Assembly: GCF_003019035.1 (NCBI RefSeq)
Contig: NZ_CP027447.1
Source: Escherichia coli
GTDB taxonomy: Bacteria > Pseudomonadota > Gammaproteobacteria > Enterobacterales > Enterobacteriaceae
Length of the DNA: 64,000 bases
Direction: 5' to 3' (one strand)
The first letter of the stretch is position 1, and every line of letters begins with the position of its first letter. A program made the translations under genes and the position numbers. Below the pieces are notes generated by a model that did not search any database, was not told the DNA's origin, and saw nothing but the letters and a program-made list of their open reading frames with translations. Below, in pieces: positions 16,925-27,355 of the stretch.

Positions 16925-17935
16925 TTATTGCGAAAGAGCAATGAGGGAGCCGCGGCGGATCAGTTTTCCGCTGAAGGTTTTCGGCGGTGAGAAATCCCCA
17001 CCATCGAGCATAAAAATCAGCCGTCCAATAATTTCCTGAATCATCTCAGTCACCGGAATTTTTACGCTGGAGAGCGCCGGAACGGTGTAGGGGGCAATAG
17101 CGATATCATCGAATCCGATAACTGACACCTGCTCTGGCACCGCTACGCCGCGCTCGTGCAACGCTTTCATCGCACCTATCGCCATATCGTCGTTACTGGC
17201 AACTAACGCGCTAAATTTAGCCCCACGTTCGAGCAACGTTTCTACCCCTTCGGCCCCGCTGGCGGGCGTCCATTTACCGTTAGCGATAAGTTTTTCATTG
17301 AGCGCAATACCATGCTGCGCCAGCGCGTCTTTATACCCGGCAAGACGTTCAACGCTGGTGGGGGAATCCATCGAGCCGGTAAGGAAAGCAATCTCCTGAT
17401 GTCCGGCGTTTATCAACTCTGCCACGGCGTTAAAGCTGGTCTGTTTATGATCGCACCAGACGCTATGGCTGGTGTTTTTGCGCAGGCGGCGATTAAGCAC
17501 CATTATCGGCTGACTGTGTGCGTCAATGATGTCATCAATCTCATCCACGCTTAAAAAACGCGGGTAAATCATAATGGCGTCGCAGCGCAAATCCAGCAGA
17601 TACTGAATCGCCTGGCGCTCTTCTTCGGCGCTGTGTTTACCATCTGCCAATAGCAACTGTCGCCCTTTCTCTTCCGCCATTCGCGCGGCATGAAACAGTA
17701 GTTCACTAAAATAAATGCCGTGGTAAAGCGTGTTGGTCACTACCAGCCCCAGCGTCTGAGTACTCTTCGCCGACAGATTGCGCGCCAGCAAGTTTGGGCG
17801 GTAACCGCTCTCTTCTACCGCCTGAAACACGCGATCTTTAGTCTCCTGGCTGACGTAGCCATTACCTGAAAGCACGCGGGAAACGGTCGCTTTTGAAACC
17901 CCGGCGCGCTTCGCCACTTCCAGCATCGTCGTCAT
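16925..17935 (-). CDS. ascG: asc operon repressor (LacI/GalR family)
   Basis: MTTMLEVAKRAGVSKATVSRVLSGNGYVSQETKDRV..., 336 aa from the ATG at 17933..17935. The gene is uninterrupted. Confidence 0.9.
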   Translation of the reverse strand: MTTMLEVAKRAGVSKATVSRVLSGNGYVSQETKDRVFQAVEESGYRPNLLARNLSAKSTQTLGLVVTNTLYHGIYFSELLFHAARMAEEKGRQLLLADGKHSAEEERQAIQYLLDLRCDAIMIYPRFLSVDEIDDIIDAHSQPIMVLNRRLRKNTSHSVWCDHKQTSFNAVAELINAGHQEIAFLTGSMDSPTSVERLAGYKDALAQHGIALNEKLIANGKWTPASGAEGVETLLERGAKFSALVASNDDMAIGAMKALHERGVAVPEQVSVIGFDDIAIAPYTVPALSSVKIPVTEMIQEIIGRLIFMLDGGDFSPPKTFSGKLIRRGSLIALSQ

Positions 17936-18021
17936 CATTTTCATCCCTTTACACGCAATCAACGCAGTGTACTGCACCGTTTGCCGATTGTCCTTGCGCA
18001 ATCGGCGGGAAAAATATTCAG

Positions 18022-18110
18022 GTGACCGGTTTCACAAATATAAAAAATGAACAATTAACTCTCTTGCTTATTTAGTGACAACTATTCATGATTTTGTGAA
18101 ACCGGTTTCC
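18022..18110. promoter_or_regulatory. two AscG-type operators in the ascG-ascF intergenic region
   Basis: GTGACCGGTTTCAC at 18022..18035 and TGTGAAACCGGTTTCC at 18095..18110 are LacI-family-style palindromes around a central CCGG. Confidence 0.6.
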
Positions 18111-18193
18111 TAATTCCGTTTCAGCATCGGCATTTTCCGTCACGTCGACTGATAACAACTACATCTACCCTACTGATAACAGGATAAAATCCG

Positions 18194-21084
<2,891 letters not shown>

Positions 21085-21092
21085 GTAACCGT

Positions 21093-21156
21093 GCCGGATG
21101 CGGCGTGAACGCCTTATCCGGCCTACAAGGCCCGATAAGCGTTGCGCATCGGGCAA
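21093..21156. repeat. pair of REP elements (BIME-like)
   Basis: GCCGGATGCGGCGTGAACGCCTTATCCGGCCTACAAGG followed by GCCCGATAAGCGTTGCGCATCGGGC. Confidence 0.7.
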
Positions 21157-21170
21157 TCTGGCGTTTGGCA

Positions 21171-21422
21171 TCAGAGCTGGTTCACCCCATCAAGAACATC
21201 CCCCTTTATCAAGCAACGCTGCGTCAGCGCCAGATCTTCCGATTGCGGGTCGCGCCCGGCGATGGGTTTGAGGACGAGTTTACGGTTGGGGGTATAAGTA
21301 AAACGCGTGAGCGCGGGATAGCTTAACTTGCCAAACCAGCCGTGAACACGCTGCCATTTGGCGTCTTTTACCTGATACAGACTGGTTATCCAGTAACCGG
21401 AATCAAACTGCATATCCAGCAA
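21171..21422 (-). pseudogene. C-terminal fragment of a host ORF split by the prophage
   Basis: (L)LDMQFDSGYWITSLYQVKDAKWQRVHGWFGKLSYP...VNQL joins in frame with the N-terminal fragment at 57707..58204 across the shared LLD codons. Confidence 0.7.
21414..21422. repeat. left copy of the 9-bp direct repeat flanking the prophage
   Basis: ATCCAGCAA is identical to 57707..57715. The adjacent bases differ, so the repeat is exactly 9 bp. Confidence 0.8.
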
Positions 21423-21450
21423 TTGCGTGTGGCCATTCCTTGATCAGACA

Positions 21451-21483
21451 TGAGATAAATGAAGGGGGATCCGTGAGATAAAT
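21451..21483 (+). repeat. left-end repeats (candidate transposase binding sites)
   Basis: TGAGATAAAT occurs at 21451..21460 and 21474..21483. The 13-mer CCGTGAGATAAAT at 21471..21483 recurs inverted at the right end (57652..57664). Confidence 0.6.
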
Positions 21484-21636
21484 AACGAATTGGAGTGGGT
21501 TAACATGGGTTCTGGTGAACAGAACTGAAATTCTTTTTCGTTATACGATAGATAAGTCGGACATTGAAATCATCCTTTCTGGCAACTTAGAATCGAGTTT
21601 GCTGAAACATGACTCGTAACAAAAAGGATGATTCCA

Positions 21637-21798
21637 ATGACTACTCAAAACAATAAGCATGATAGCCTGGATTACTCAGAAAAGCCCAAAAGCAAGCACA
21701 TCGTGACGTTCGAGCGCGATTCCGGTAGAAAAGGAGAATCGTCTTCCTCTGCCAATAAAAACACTATACCGGCAGCTCCTGCTCCGGGGAAAAAATAA
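21637..21798 (+). CDS. possible 53-aa hydrophilic ORF at the left prophage end (weak call)
   Basis: I read MTTQNNKHDSLDYSEKPKSKHIVTFERDSGRKGESSSSANKNTIPAAPAPGKK, with AAGGA 8 nt upstream. It is below the ORF-track cutoff and has no recognisable motif. Confidence 0.25.
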   Translation: MTTQNNKHDSLDYSEKPKSKHIVTFERDSGRKGESSSSANKNTIPAAPAPGKK

Positions 21799-21801
21799 AC
21801 A

Positions 21802-22434
21802 TCATTCATCGTTCGTTGCACGAACGCGCCTGATCTCCACTCTGGCAATCTGATCTGCTGGAATATAGGTTGCCAGAGCTCCCCAGTACTTATCAACCAC
21901 GCCTTTATACTCTTCCCATTCGTTACTGCCTGAAGGGCTGCTGTGTGTGACGTAAAGAACCATATCGCCTTTATTCCCCAGGGTAAACGGACCGTTAGGC
22001 CACTCTTCAAAGTTCCCTGGCAGTCGTGACATCATACCGGAACCATCGCGAAGAATCACTCTGACCTCGGTGACGCTGAAGTCTGTTTGATCAAACATTG
22101 CCTGCCATGCTGAGCTGGTATCGTCAGACCATGAAATATCATTATTCCACAGTAATCTGTACATCCATTTGCGACCGTACCTGCGCCACCACGCACCACA
22201 TGTAACAGCACACAGAAGTGCTGGTGGTGTTGCCAGCCAGGCATTCAGACCTGCCCACATAACAGCCTGGTAAGCCATCATTGCTGTCAGGCCAAAAATT
22301 AGCGAAGAAAAAGTCACCTCAATGGGTTTGTGCTGATCCTTCAGCCCCACATTCGCAATAAAATACCCAATATAGCCACTGGTCAGAGTCACCAGTGTTG
22401 CCCATGGCAAATTTAACAACGAAACGTCAAACAT
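21802..22434 (-). CDS. orphan 210-aa protein with three N-terminal TM helices and a soluble C-terminal domain
   Basis: MFDVSLLNLPWATLVTLTSGYIGYFIANVGL... with SD AGGGAGA 5 nt upstream of the ATG at 22432..22434. It is the last gene before the left end and lies downstream of a terminator. Confidence 0.7.
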   Translation of the reverse strand: MFDVSLLNLPWATLVTLTSGYIGYFIANVGLKDQHKPIEVTFSSLIFGLTAMMAYQAVMWAGLNAWLATPPALLCAVTCGAWWRRYGRKWMYRLLWNNDISWSDDTSSAWQAMFDQTDFSVTEVRVILRDGSGMMSRLPGNFEEWPNGPFTLGNKGDMVLYVTHSSPSGSNEWEEYKGVVDKYWGALATYIPADQIARVEIRRVRATNDE

Positions 22435-22471
22435 ATTTTCTCCCTGCATCCTGAATACTACAGAGAGAGCA

Positions 22472-22502
22472 TAAAAAAAGCACGGTAAGGGGTCTACCGT
22501 GC
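22472..22502 (-). terminator. rho-independent terminator after the mor-like gene
   Basis: Minus strand reads GCACGGTA-GACCCCT-TACCGTGC followed by TTTTTTTAT. Confidence 0.7.
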
Positions 22503-22548
22503 TTTTATACAATAAGGAGATTTTTGAAAGGACTTTAACAAGCAGGAA

Positions 22549-22947
22549 TTATCTGGATTTGTTAACGTCTCTCGTCTCTTCTGGCAGATCTTCATCAAAC
22601 AACCTGCCCTGCATCCGATCCAGTTCTTCTTTTCTGACCCGCTTAACCACGCTGTAGACCCACTGAAGCGAAACACCAAACTTGCGGGCCAGTTCATGGT
22701 GGTTGCGTCCGTTAAACTCCCGGAAGATTTCCCGGTCGCGCTGACTGACCTTCCATACCATGCCCATCGGGAAATAAACGTTTTGCCCGCCCCAGACCTG
22801 CATCATGCGGTTCGCGACGGCCTGACCAATCTGGTCGGCAATTGCGGGCTCAATATCAATAATCTCGCGAACGGTCTCAGAGGTATGCTGTGCCAGTTCC
22901 ACCAGGAGTTCCGGCCCTTTACTTCGAAACTGATTCAGGTCGCTCAT
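22549..22947 (-). CDS. Mor/C-family transcriptional activator
   Basis: 132 aa. The segment GGQNVYFPMG...RDREIFREFNGRNHHELARKFGVSLQWVYSVVKRVR matches the recalled Mu Mor pattern (GGxxVYxP...FNGRN..EL...YGV....VY). Confidence 0.85.
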   Translation of the reverse strand: MSDLNQFRSKGPELLVELAQHTSETVREIIDIEPAIADQIGQAVANRMMQVWGGQNVYFPMGMVWKVSQRDREIFREFNGRNHHELARKFGVSLQWVYSVVKRVRKEELDRMQGRLFDEDLPEETRDVNKSR

Positions 22948-23371
22948 GTTTTACTCCCGCAGCTCTGCGCTGCCACTTCTTCAGTTTCTCAATAACACTG
23001 CTTGCCTGTTCTGTATTGAGCCAGCGCAGGGCGCTGATGCCCGTTTCCCGCTTGATCCACCGCGCTAATGCATTTTCTGAACGGTCACGAACAATGCCGG
23101 CAGCAGCCATTTCAAGCCATAGCGCACGGATTTTCCTGGACTGCGGATGGTTATCCAGCGGTAAACCGGAGCTGGCTTTTCCGGCAGGCTTAACGCGAAA
23201 GCCTTTCCTTTTCATGGATTCCAGCACGCAGTTTAGTTGTGTGGTATCCATTCCTTTGGTTGAGGCTTTACCGGTCAGCCCCTGTAACATCTGGCGGTAG
23301 GTGTCTTCATCCATACCCAGTTCATTACGGGCAATATGAATGAGCTGGATAAGACGTTGTTTAGTCATCAT
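22919..23371 (-). CDS. GemA / Mu gp16-like early protein (DUF1018-type)
   Basis: MMTKQRLIQLIHIARNELGMDEDTYRQMLQGLTGKASTKGMDTTQLNCVLESMKRKGF is the typical GemA N-terminal pattern. The start was trimmed to the ATG at 23371. Confidence 0.8.
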   Translation of the reverse strand: MMTKQRLIQLIHIARNELGMDEDTYRQMLQGLTGKASTKGMDTTQLNCVLESMKRKGFRVKPAGKASSGLPLDNHPQSRKIRALWLEMAAAGIVRDRSENALARWIKRETGISALRWLNTEQASSVIEKLKKWQRRAAGVKHERPESVSK

Positions 23372-23576
23372 CGTTGCTCCTTTTACCTGCGCCACCGATA
23401 TAATCGACATATAAAGGAAGCGCCACAGGCCAGCACAGGAACATCACCGACCAGCTAATCCAGTAGCCGGCACCACTGTAACGTGAATAAAACCCTGAAC
23501 GGCGGTGCAGTTCAGCAGTACACCAACCGACAAAACAATACCAGAACAGGGCACATACAACAGATTCAGCCGTCAT
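23361..23576 (-). CDS. small (71-aa) two-TM membrane protein
   Basis: MTAESVVCALFWYCFVGWCTAELHRR...WSVMFLCWPVALPLYV. It is coupled by overlap to both neighbouring genes. Confidence 0.5.
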   Translation of the reverse strand: MTAESVVCALFWYCFVGWCTAELHRRSGFYSRYSGAGYWISWSVMFLCWPVALPLYVDYIGGAGKRSNDDD

Positions 23577-23796
23577 TCTGAATATCCCCCCAACTGATAT
23601 GAATATTACGGGCAGCAATGACAGGGTCGTTATCCCACCATGCACCTGACATGTATTTTTCAACCTGTTCGCGTCCGGCAATAACACCAATTGTGATCCC
23701 CGGCCTGACGTTCTTAAAAAAGGCGCGGGCAAAAAGGTATCTGGCAGATATTCGGCAGGCTTTTAATTTCCGGCTGTTACCTGATAGCGTAATCAT
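23566..23796 (-). CDS. hypothetical early protein (76 aa)
   Basis: It has an ATGA start/stop overlap with the upstream gene. No motif was recognised. Confidence 0.5.
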   Translation of the reverse strand: MITLSGNSRKLKACRISARYLFARAFFKNVRPGITIGVIAGREQVEKYMSGAWWDNDPVIAARNIHISWGDIQNDG

Positions 23797-24476
23797 CTGG
23801 CCTCCAGTTTCTGTTGTTCCTGCCCACTGACCGGGCGGTGCAGTCTGACGTTCTGCCCTTCACGAAACCCCGCATAGCGCGAGGCGTCACCATTGCGGCT
23901 TCTTCCCGGTTTACGCGCCCTGGTGGTTTGCGTTTGCGGGTATTTATGTTCCAGCCACTGCTGCATCAGTTCACGTTCGTCATCAGTCAGGGCGAAGGAC
24001 TGTATTTCACTGATAACGGCCAGCACCCAGCCTTCAGCAAACTGGTCTCCACGGCTGGTGCGGGTGGCGGTTTTTATTCTTTTGTTCTGTGTGCTGATAT
24101 ACTGCTGACGCGCCTTTTTCAGCTGGCGGGCCAGCACTTCCCAAGTGTACGCAGCCAGTGCGGCCCGTTCCCGGTTGCCGTAGAATCCCACACCCGGATA
24201 TGTGCCGGGGTGAATGATGGAGTTAACACCAAATGCCTCGCGGATGATGTTCATCAGGCCCAACATATAGCGCGGTGGACGGAGGCTGCCTGTCGGCCAG
24301 TAGTGGCTGATGGTTTCATCAATATCACTCATGGCAATGTCGGAATGTGTGATGCCGTGAACATCCATCAGTTTACGGGCACGGCGCAGTGCCAGAGCGG
24401 CCTCGTGCGGGTTGCCGGATGCAGCCAGCGCCAGCAGTTTTTTCAGTTTCTCAATGTGTTTATCCAGGTCTGTCAT
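23793..24476 (-). CDS. DUF2786-like early protein (227 aa)
   Basis: The N-terminus IEKLKKLLALAASGNPHEAALALRRARKLM is the pattern I associate with DUF2786. Confidence 0.65.
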   Translation of the reverse strand: MTDLDKHIEKLKKLLALAASGNPHEAALALRRARKLMDVHGITHSDIAMSDIDETISHYWPTGSLRPPRYMLGLMNIIREAFGVNSIIHPGTYPGVGFYGNRERAALAAYTWEVLARQLKKARQQYISTQNKRIKTATRTSRGDQFAEGWVLAVISEIQSFALTDDERELMQQWLEHKYPQTQTTRARKPGRSRNGDASRYAGFREGQNVRLHRPVSGQEQQKLEAR

Positions 24477-24778
24477 TGTTCGGTATCTCCGGTGTACATG
24501 ACGCCCAGCCGTGCGGCAAGGCGTTCCAGTTTTTTCTGTTTGTGGAAGTCAATCAGCCGGCCCATCCCCTGAAGACGCAACTGCTCTGTCATGATTTCCA
24601 CGTCTGCCAGCTCTGCCGCGAGGTCACTTTCGCTGCCCTGTCCGTTCAGGTTGCGGGCAGCACTGGCCGCCAGTTCGGCGGCCTCTTCTGTCAGTTTCAG
24701 GGCCTGTGCATCCGGCCCGAAACGCTGCAGAGCCAGACGATAGAGGGCAGTGCGTGTGAGTATGGTGTTCCGTGTCAT
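24473..24778 (-). CDS. small MazG-like nucleotide pyrophosphohydrolase candidate (101 aa)
   Basis: LTEEAAELAAS...AAELADVEIM fits the EExxE...ExxD metal-binding pattern of all-alpha MazG-like proteins. The assignment rests on this motif only. Confidence 0.5.
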   Translation of the reverse strand: MTRNTILTRTALYRLALQRFGPDAQALKLTEEAAELAASAARNLNGQGSESDLAAELADVEIMTEQLRLQGMGRLIDFHKQKKLERLAARLGVMYTGDTEQ

Positions 24779-24787
24779 GCCGCGCCC

Positions 24788-25060
24788 TCAGTGCTTCCGG
24801 TCGACGGTGATGTGCAGGCCGCCTTCTGCAGTGGTTTCCATCCGGTACGGCACCTCATGCTCTGCCGTGTGGGTGAGTGTGTTCACCAGTACCTGCAGGG
24901 CAGCCTCCTTTCCGTTGGTCGTCACAATGGCCTGAGCGGCCATGCTGATTAGCGCTGTCAGGACGTGCTTCACATCGGTGAGGTCGCGGCATTCACACTC
25001 GTTGACATAGTGTTCAACAAGGGTTCGGGTGCGCTGTCGTGCTTCCTGTGGGGTAATCAT
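24788..25060 (-). CDS. hypothetical early protein (90 aa)
   Basis: It is translationally coupled (ATGA) to the upstream zinc-ribbon ORF. Confidence 0.5.
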   Translation of the reverse strand: MITPQEARQRTRTLVEHYVNECECRDLTDVKHVLTALISMAAQAIVTTNGKEAALQVLVNTLTHTAEHEVPYRMETTAEGGLHITVDRKH

Positions 25061-25251
25061 TGCGAGTCCTCCCTGTCAGGGCGGGAGAATTCCATGACGG
25101 GCACGTCCGCTGAAAAATGTTGGCTGCAGTACGGACAGACCAGGGTGACGCGCACTGCAGGTACGTGGTACTTACCGGACATCACGGCGATGGCGCTGTG
25201 AAAACGCAGGGCTGTTATATCCCTCTCGCACTGAATACATTTAAATATCAT
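25057..25251 (-). CDS. small zinc-ribbon protein (64 aa)
   Basis: Contains CIQC...CPYC, two CxxC pairs. Confidence 0.55.
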   Translation of the reverse strand: MIFKCIQCERDITALRFHSAIAVMSGKYHVPAVRVTLVCPYCSQHFSADVPVMEFSRPDREDSQ

Positions 25252-25348
25252 GATTTAATTCTCCTCTGTTTCCGGCGTGCAGAAGCCCACGGCGCTGACG
25301 CCGGAATAAAAAAGAAAATGTTTTTATTAAATAATTAACGTGGTGTGT

Positions 25349-25879
25349 TTACTGCACATCCTGCTCAAAAGGAATTATTGAAAAATCCTCAATATCACTT
25401 TTTATGGTAATACCGGGAATATTTTTCACGGCCTCTTTTTCATTCAGAATGGCATCTTTATTTATTTCCTCTTTTACACGAATAAAGCGCTCAAGCCCCA
25501 GACGTCTCAGTAGTTCAATAACATTATCCGCTCCACGGATACTGACTGATGGCGGACGGTTTCGCCACTGCACCTCGCCGGTGGTGAGGTTAGCGAACTT
25601 CACCTTCCCGTTGCCGGTCAGTTCATCACGGTGTGCCTCACACCATGTCTGAATACCGGACTGCAGTTCGGCCATGCGTTTTTTCAGGCTCTCGGTGAGC
25701 GGGGCATAACGTGCGGTGATATCGCCAATGGCGTCATTCATTTCTGTTTCAGCCCTGACCAGTTCACGTTGTGCGTCACCGAGCAGTCTGATTCCCTCAA
25801 TGACCTCTTCGCGTGTCCCCGGTACCCAGAGTGCCGCTGCGGACTTGATACGTTTTGCCCCTTTTGTACTTTTTGCCAT
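25349..25879 (-). CDS. gam: Mu Gam-like host-nuclease inhibitor (DNA-end binding)
   Basis: MAKSTKGAKRIKSAAALWVP...ETEMNDAI...WCEAHRDELT..GKVK.ANL.TG.V.WR.RPPSVSIRG...GLERFIR.K.EINK.AIL...ITIKSDIEDFSIIPFEQ is near-colinear with recalled Mu Gam. Confidence 0.9.
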   Translation of the reverse strand: MAKSTKGAKRIKSAAALWVPGTREEVIEGIRLLGDAQRELVRAETEMNDAIGDITARYAPLTESLKKRMAELQSGIQTWCEAHRDELTGNGKVKFANLTTGEVQWRNRPPSVSIRGADNVIELLRRLGLERFIRVKEEINKDAILNEKEAVKNIPGITIKSDIEDFSIIPFEQDVQ

Positions 25880-25906
25880 ATCTTATGATTTCTCCGGTTG
25901 TGCTGA

Positions 25907-26176
25907 TTACCACAAAGATTCCGGCCACACGACGCGACAGCCGTGCAGTTCGAAAACGCCCTGACGGAAATATCCCCTGTGGTCATGTCCGGTATACAGA
26001 TAACAGGCCTTTCCCTGCTCAAGCATGCGCATGCAATGCGCACTTCGGGAAACGCGGATGACAGGTTTGTTACCCCTGATGGTGATGCTTTGTACATCCG
26101 TGTTCGTCGCCTTAAGCGCCATAATGGCTGACTGCACTTTGCTGATTTGCTGGTTGATACCTGTGGTGGATTTCAT
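25907..26176 (-). CDS. hypothetical early protein (89 aa)
   Basis: The ORF lies between the MuB-like gene and gam. No motif was recognised. Confidence 0.5.
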   Translation of the reverse strand: MKSTTGINQQISKVQSAIMALKATNTDVQSITIRGNKPVIRVSRSAHCMRMLEQGKACYLYTGHDHRGYFRQGVFELHGCRVVWPESLW

Positions 26177-26178
26177 TA

Positions 26179-27345
26179 TTAAACCCCTTTGACAACGTCA
26201 GCGTTGACCTGTGGAACCCCGATTTCAGCGGCCAGATTCATGGCGGCTATCACCAGGTTACTGACGGCCAGCGGATACAACAGGCTGACCATATTTTTAC
26301 GATGACTTCCCGGATTGCTCAGGCGGGCACGTATGGCATCCACTGCACTGGCGTCCATAATGTCCGTCAGTTGTTTACCTGCCCGTTGCAGTTTGAACGT
26401 CAGAAACTCTTCAAGGTTATTGTCCAGAGGCAGAAGTTCGACCACCTCACAGCGCTGAACGACTTCACGGACTTCCATATTGCGTTCAGACAGTTTTGTC
26501 GCCAGTTCCGGCTGGCCAATCAGCACGATGGACAGCAGTTTTTTGAAACCGGACTCCAGCTCAAAAAAGCGTTTGAGGTGTTTCAGTGTCGGAATGGGCA
26601 GACTGTGGGCCTCCTCAATCACCAGAACGTGGCTGAACCCCGCCTGGCTGCTGTCTTTCAGGACGCGATGCAACTGGCGAAAGCGGGCGTCCTGACTGCG
26701 TCTGATGCTTTCCAGTGGTGCGATGGTACTGATAATGGCTTCGGCAATAGCTGCTGCCTTCAGGGTTTTCCCTTTCACATCGTTGTCTTCCATAGCGATG
26801 ATGTATGGCTCGATAACAATTACCGGCGCATTCTCGCGGTTGATACGTTCAGTCAGGTCGCGGCGCAGCGTGGATTTACCCGCACCGGACTCACCGATGA
26901 CGGCCATAAACCCACCATGACGGGCTGTCTGGTACAACGCCTCACGCACGTAGCGAATGTCCGGGGTGGTGAACACATCATCAGAACCCTGCATGGCTTC
27001 GTCGGCGAACGGGTCACGGAAAAGACCAAACGCTTTTTTGGTTGCTGGAAATAACACCTGTTTTTTGAGTAACATATTCTCTTCCTCACTGAGGCTCGTT
27101 TTATCTGTGGTACCCGCTGTACGGGGCGTGGCCGCGCCCTGTACAGCATCAAAACTCTTCGCTGTATCAATCCCCTGACTTTCCAGCCAGGACGCAAGAC
27201 GCCGGCGCACTTCTCCGGGGCTGGTGCGGGGCCACGCGTTATGATTCACAATCTGGGCCAGCGTGGCCTCAGAAACATCGACAGCTCTCGCCACCACCGC
27301 CTGTGGAATACGGGCCTCTTTCAGTTGCTGCTTCAGTACCAGCAT
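26179..27345 (-). CDS. MuB-like AAA+ transposition ATPase / target DNA activator
   Basis: It has an N-terminal HTH-like segment and Walker A GESGAGKSTL. The start was set at MLVLKQQL (SD GGAGGG), directly after the transposase gene. Confidence 0.85.
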   Translation of the reverse strand: MLVLKQQLKEARIPQAVVARAVDVSEATLAQIVNHNAWPRTSPGEVRRRLASWLESQGIDTAKSFDAVQGAATPRTAGTTDKTSLSEEENMLLKKQVLFPATKKAFGLFRDPFADEAMQGSDDVFTTPDIRYVREALYQTARHGGFMAVIGESGAGKSTLRRDLTERINRENAPVIVIEPYIIAMEDNDVKGKTLKAAAIAEAIISTIAPLESIRRSQDARFRQLHRVLKDSSQAGFSHVLVIEEAHSLPIPTLKHLKRFFELESGFKKLLSIVLIGQPELATKLSERNMEVREVVQRCEVVELLPLDNNLEEFLTFKLQRAGKQLTDIMDASAVDAIRARLSNPGSHRKNMVSLLYPLAVSNLVIAAMNLAAEIGVPQVNADVVKGV

Positions 27346-27355
27346 GTTTCCCTCC

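Noticed and set aside
21410-21430. Alternative junction registers giving Mu-style TG...CA ends with a 5-bp duplication
   Set aside because: I tried starting the element at 21424 (TGCG...), or ending it at 57710 or 57714 (...CA). The 5 nt outside the two ends then do not match (for example GCAAT versus AATCA or GCAAA). Only the 9-bp register gives identical flanks.
25252-25348. Hairpin TTCCGGCGT...ACGCCGGAA in the gap between gam and the zinc-ribbon ORF, considered as a terminator
   Set aside because: On the transcribed (minus) strand the T-run precedes the stem rather than following it, and the downstream genes are clearly part of the same operon. At most it is an RNA stability or processing element.
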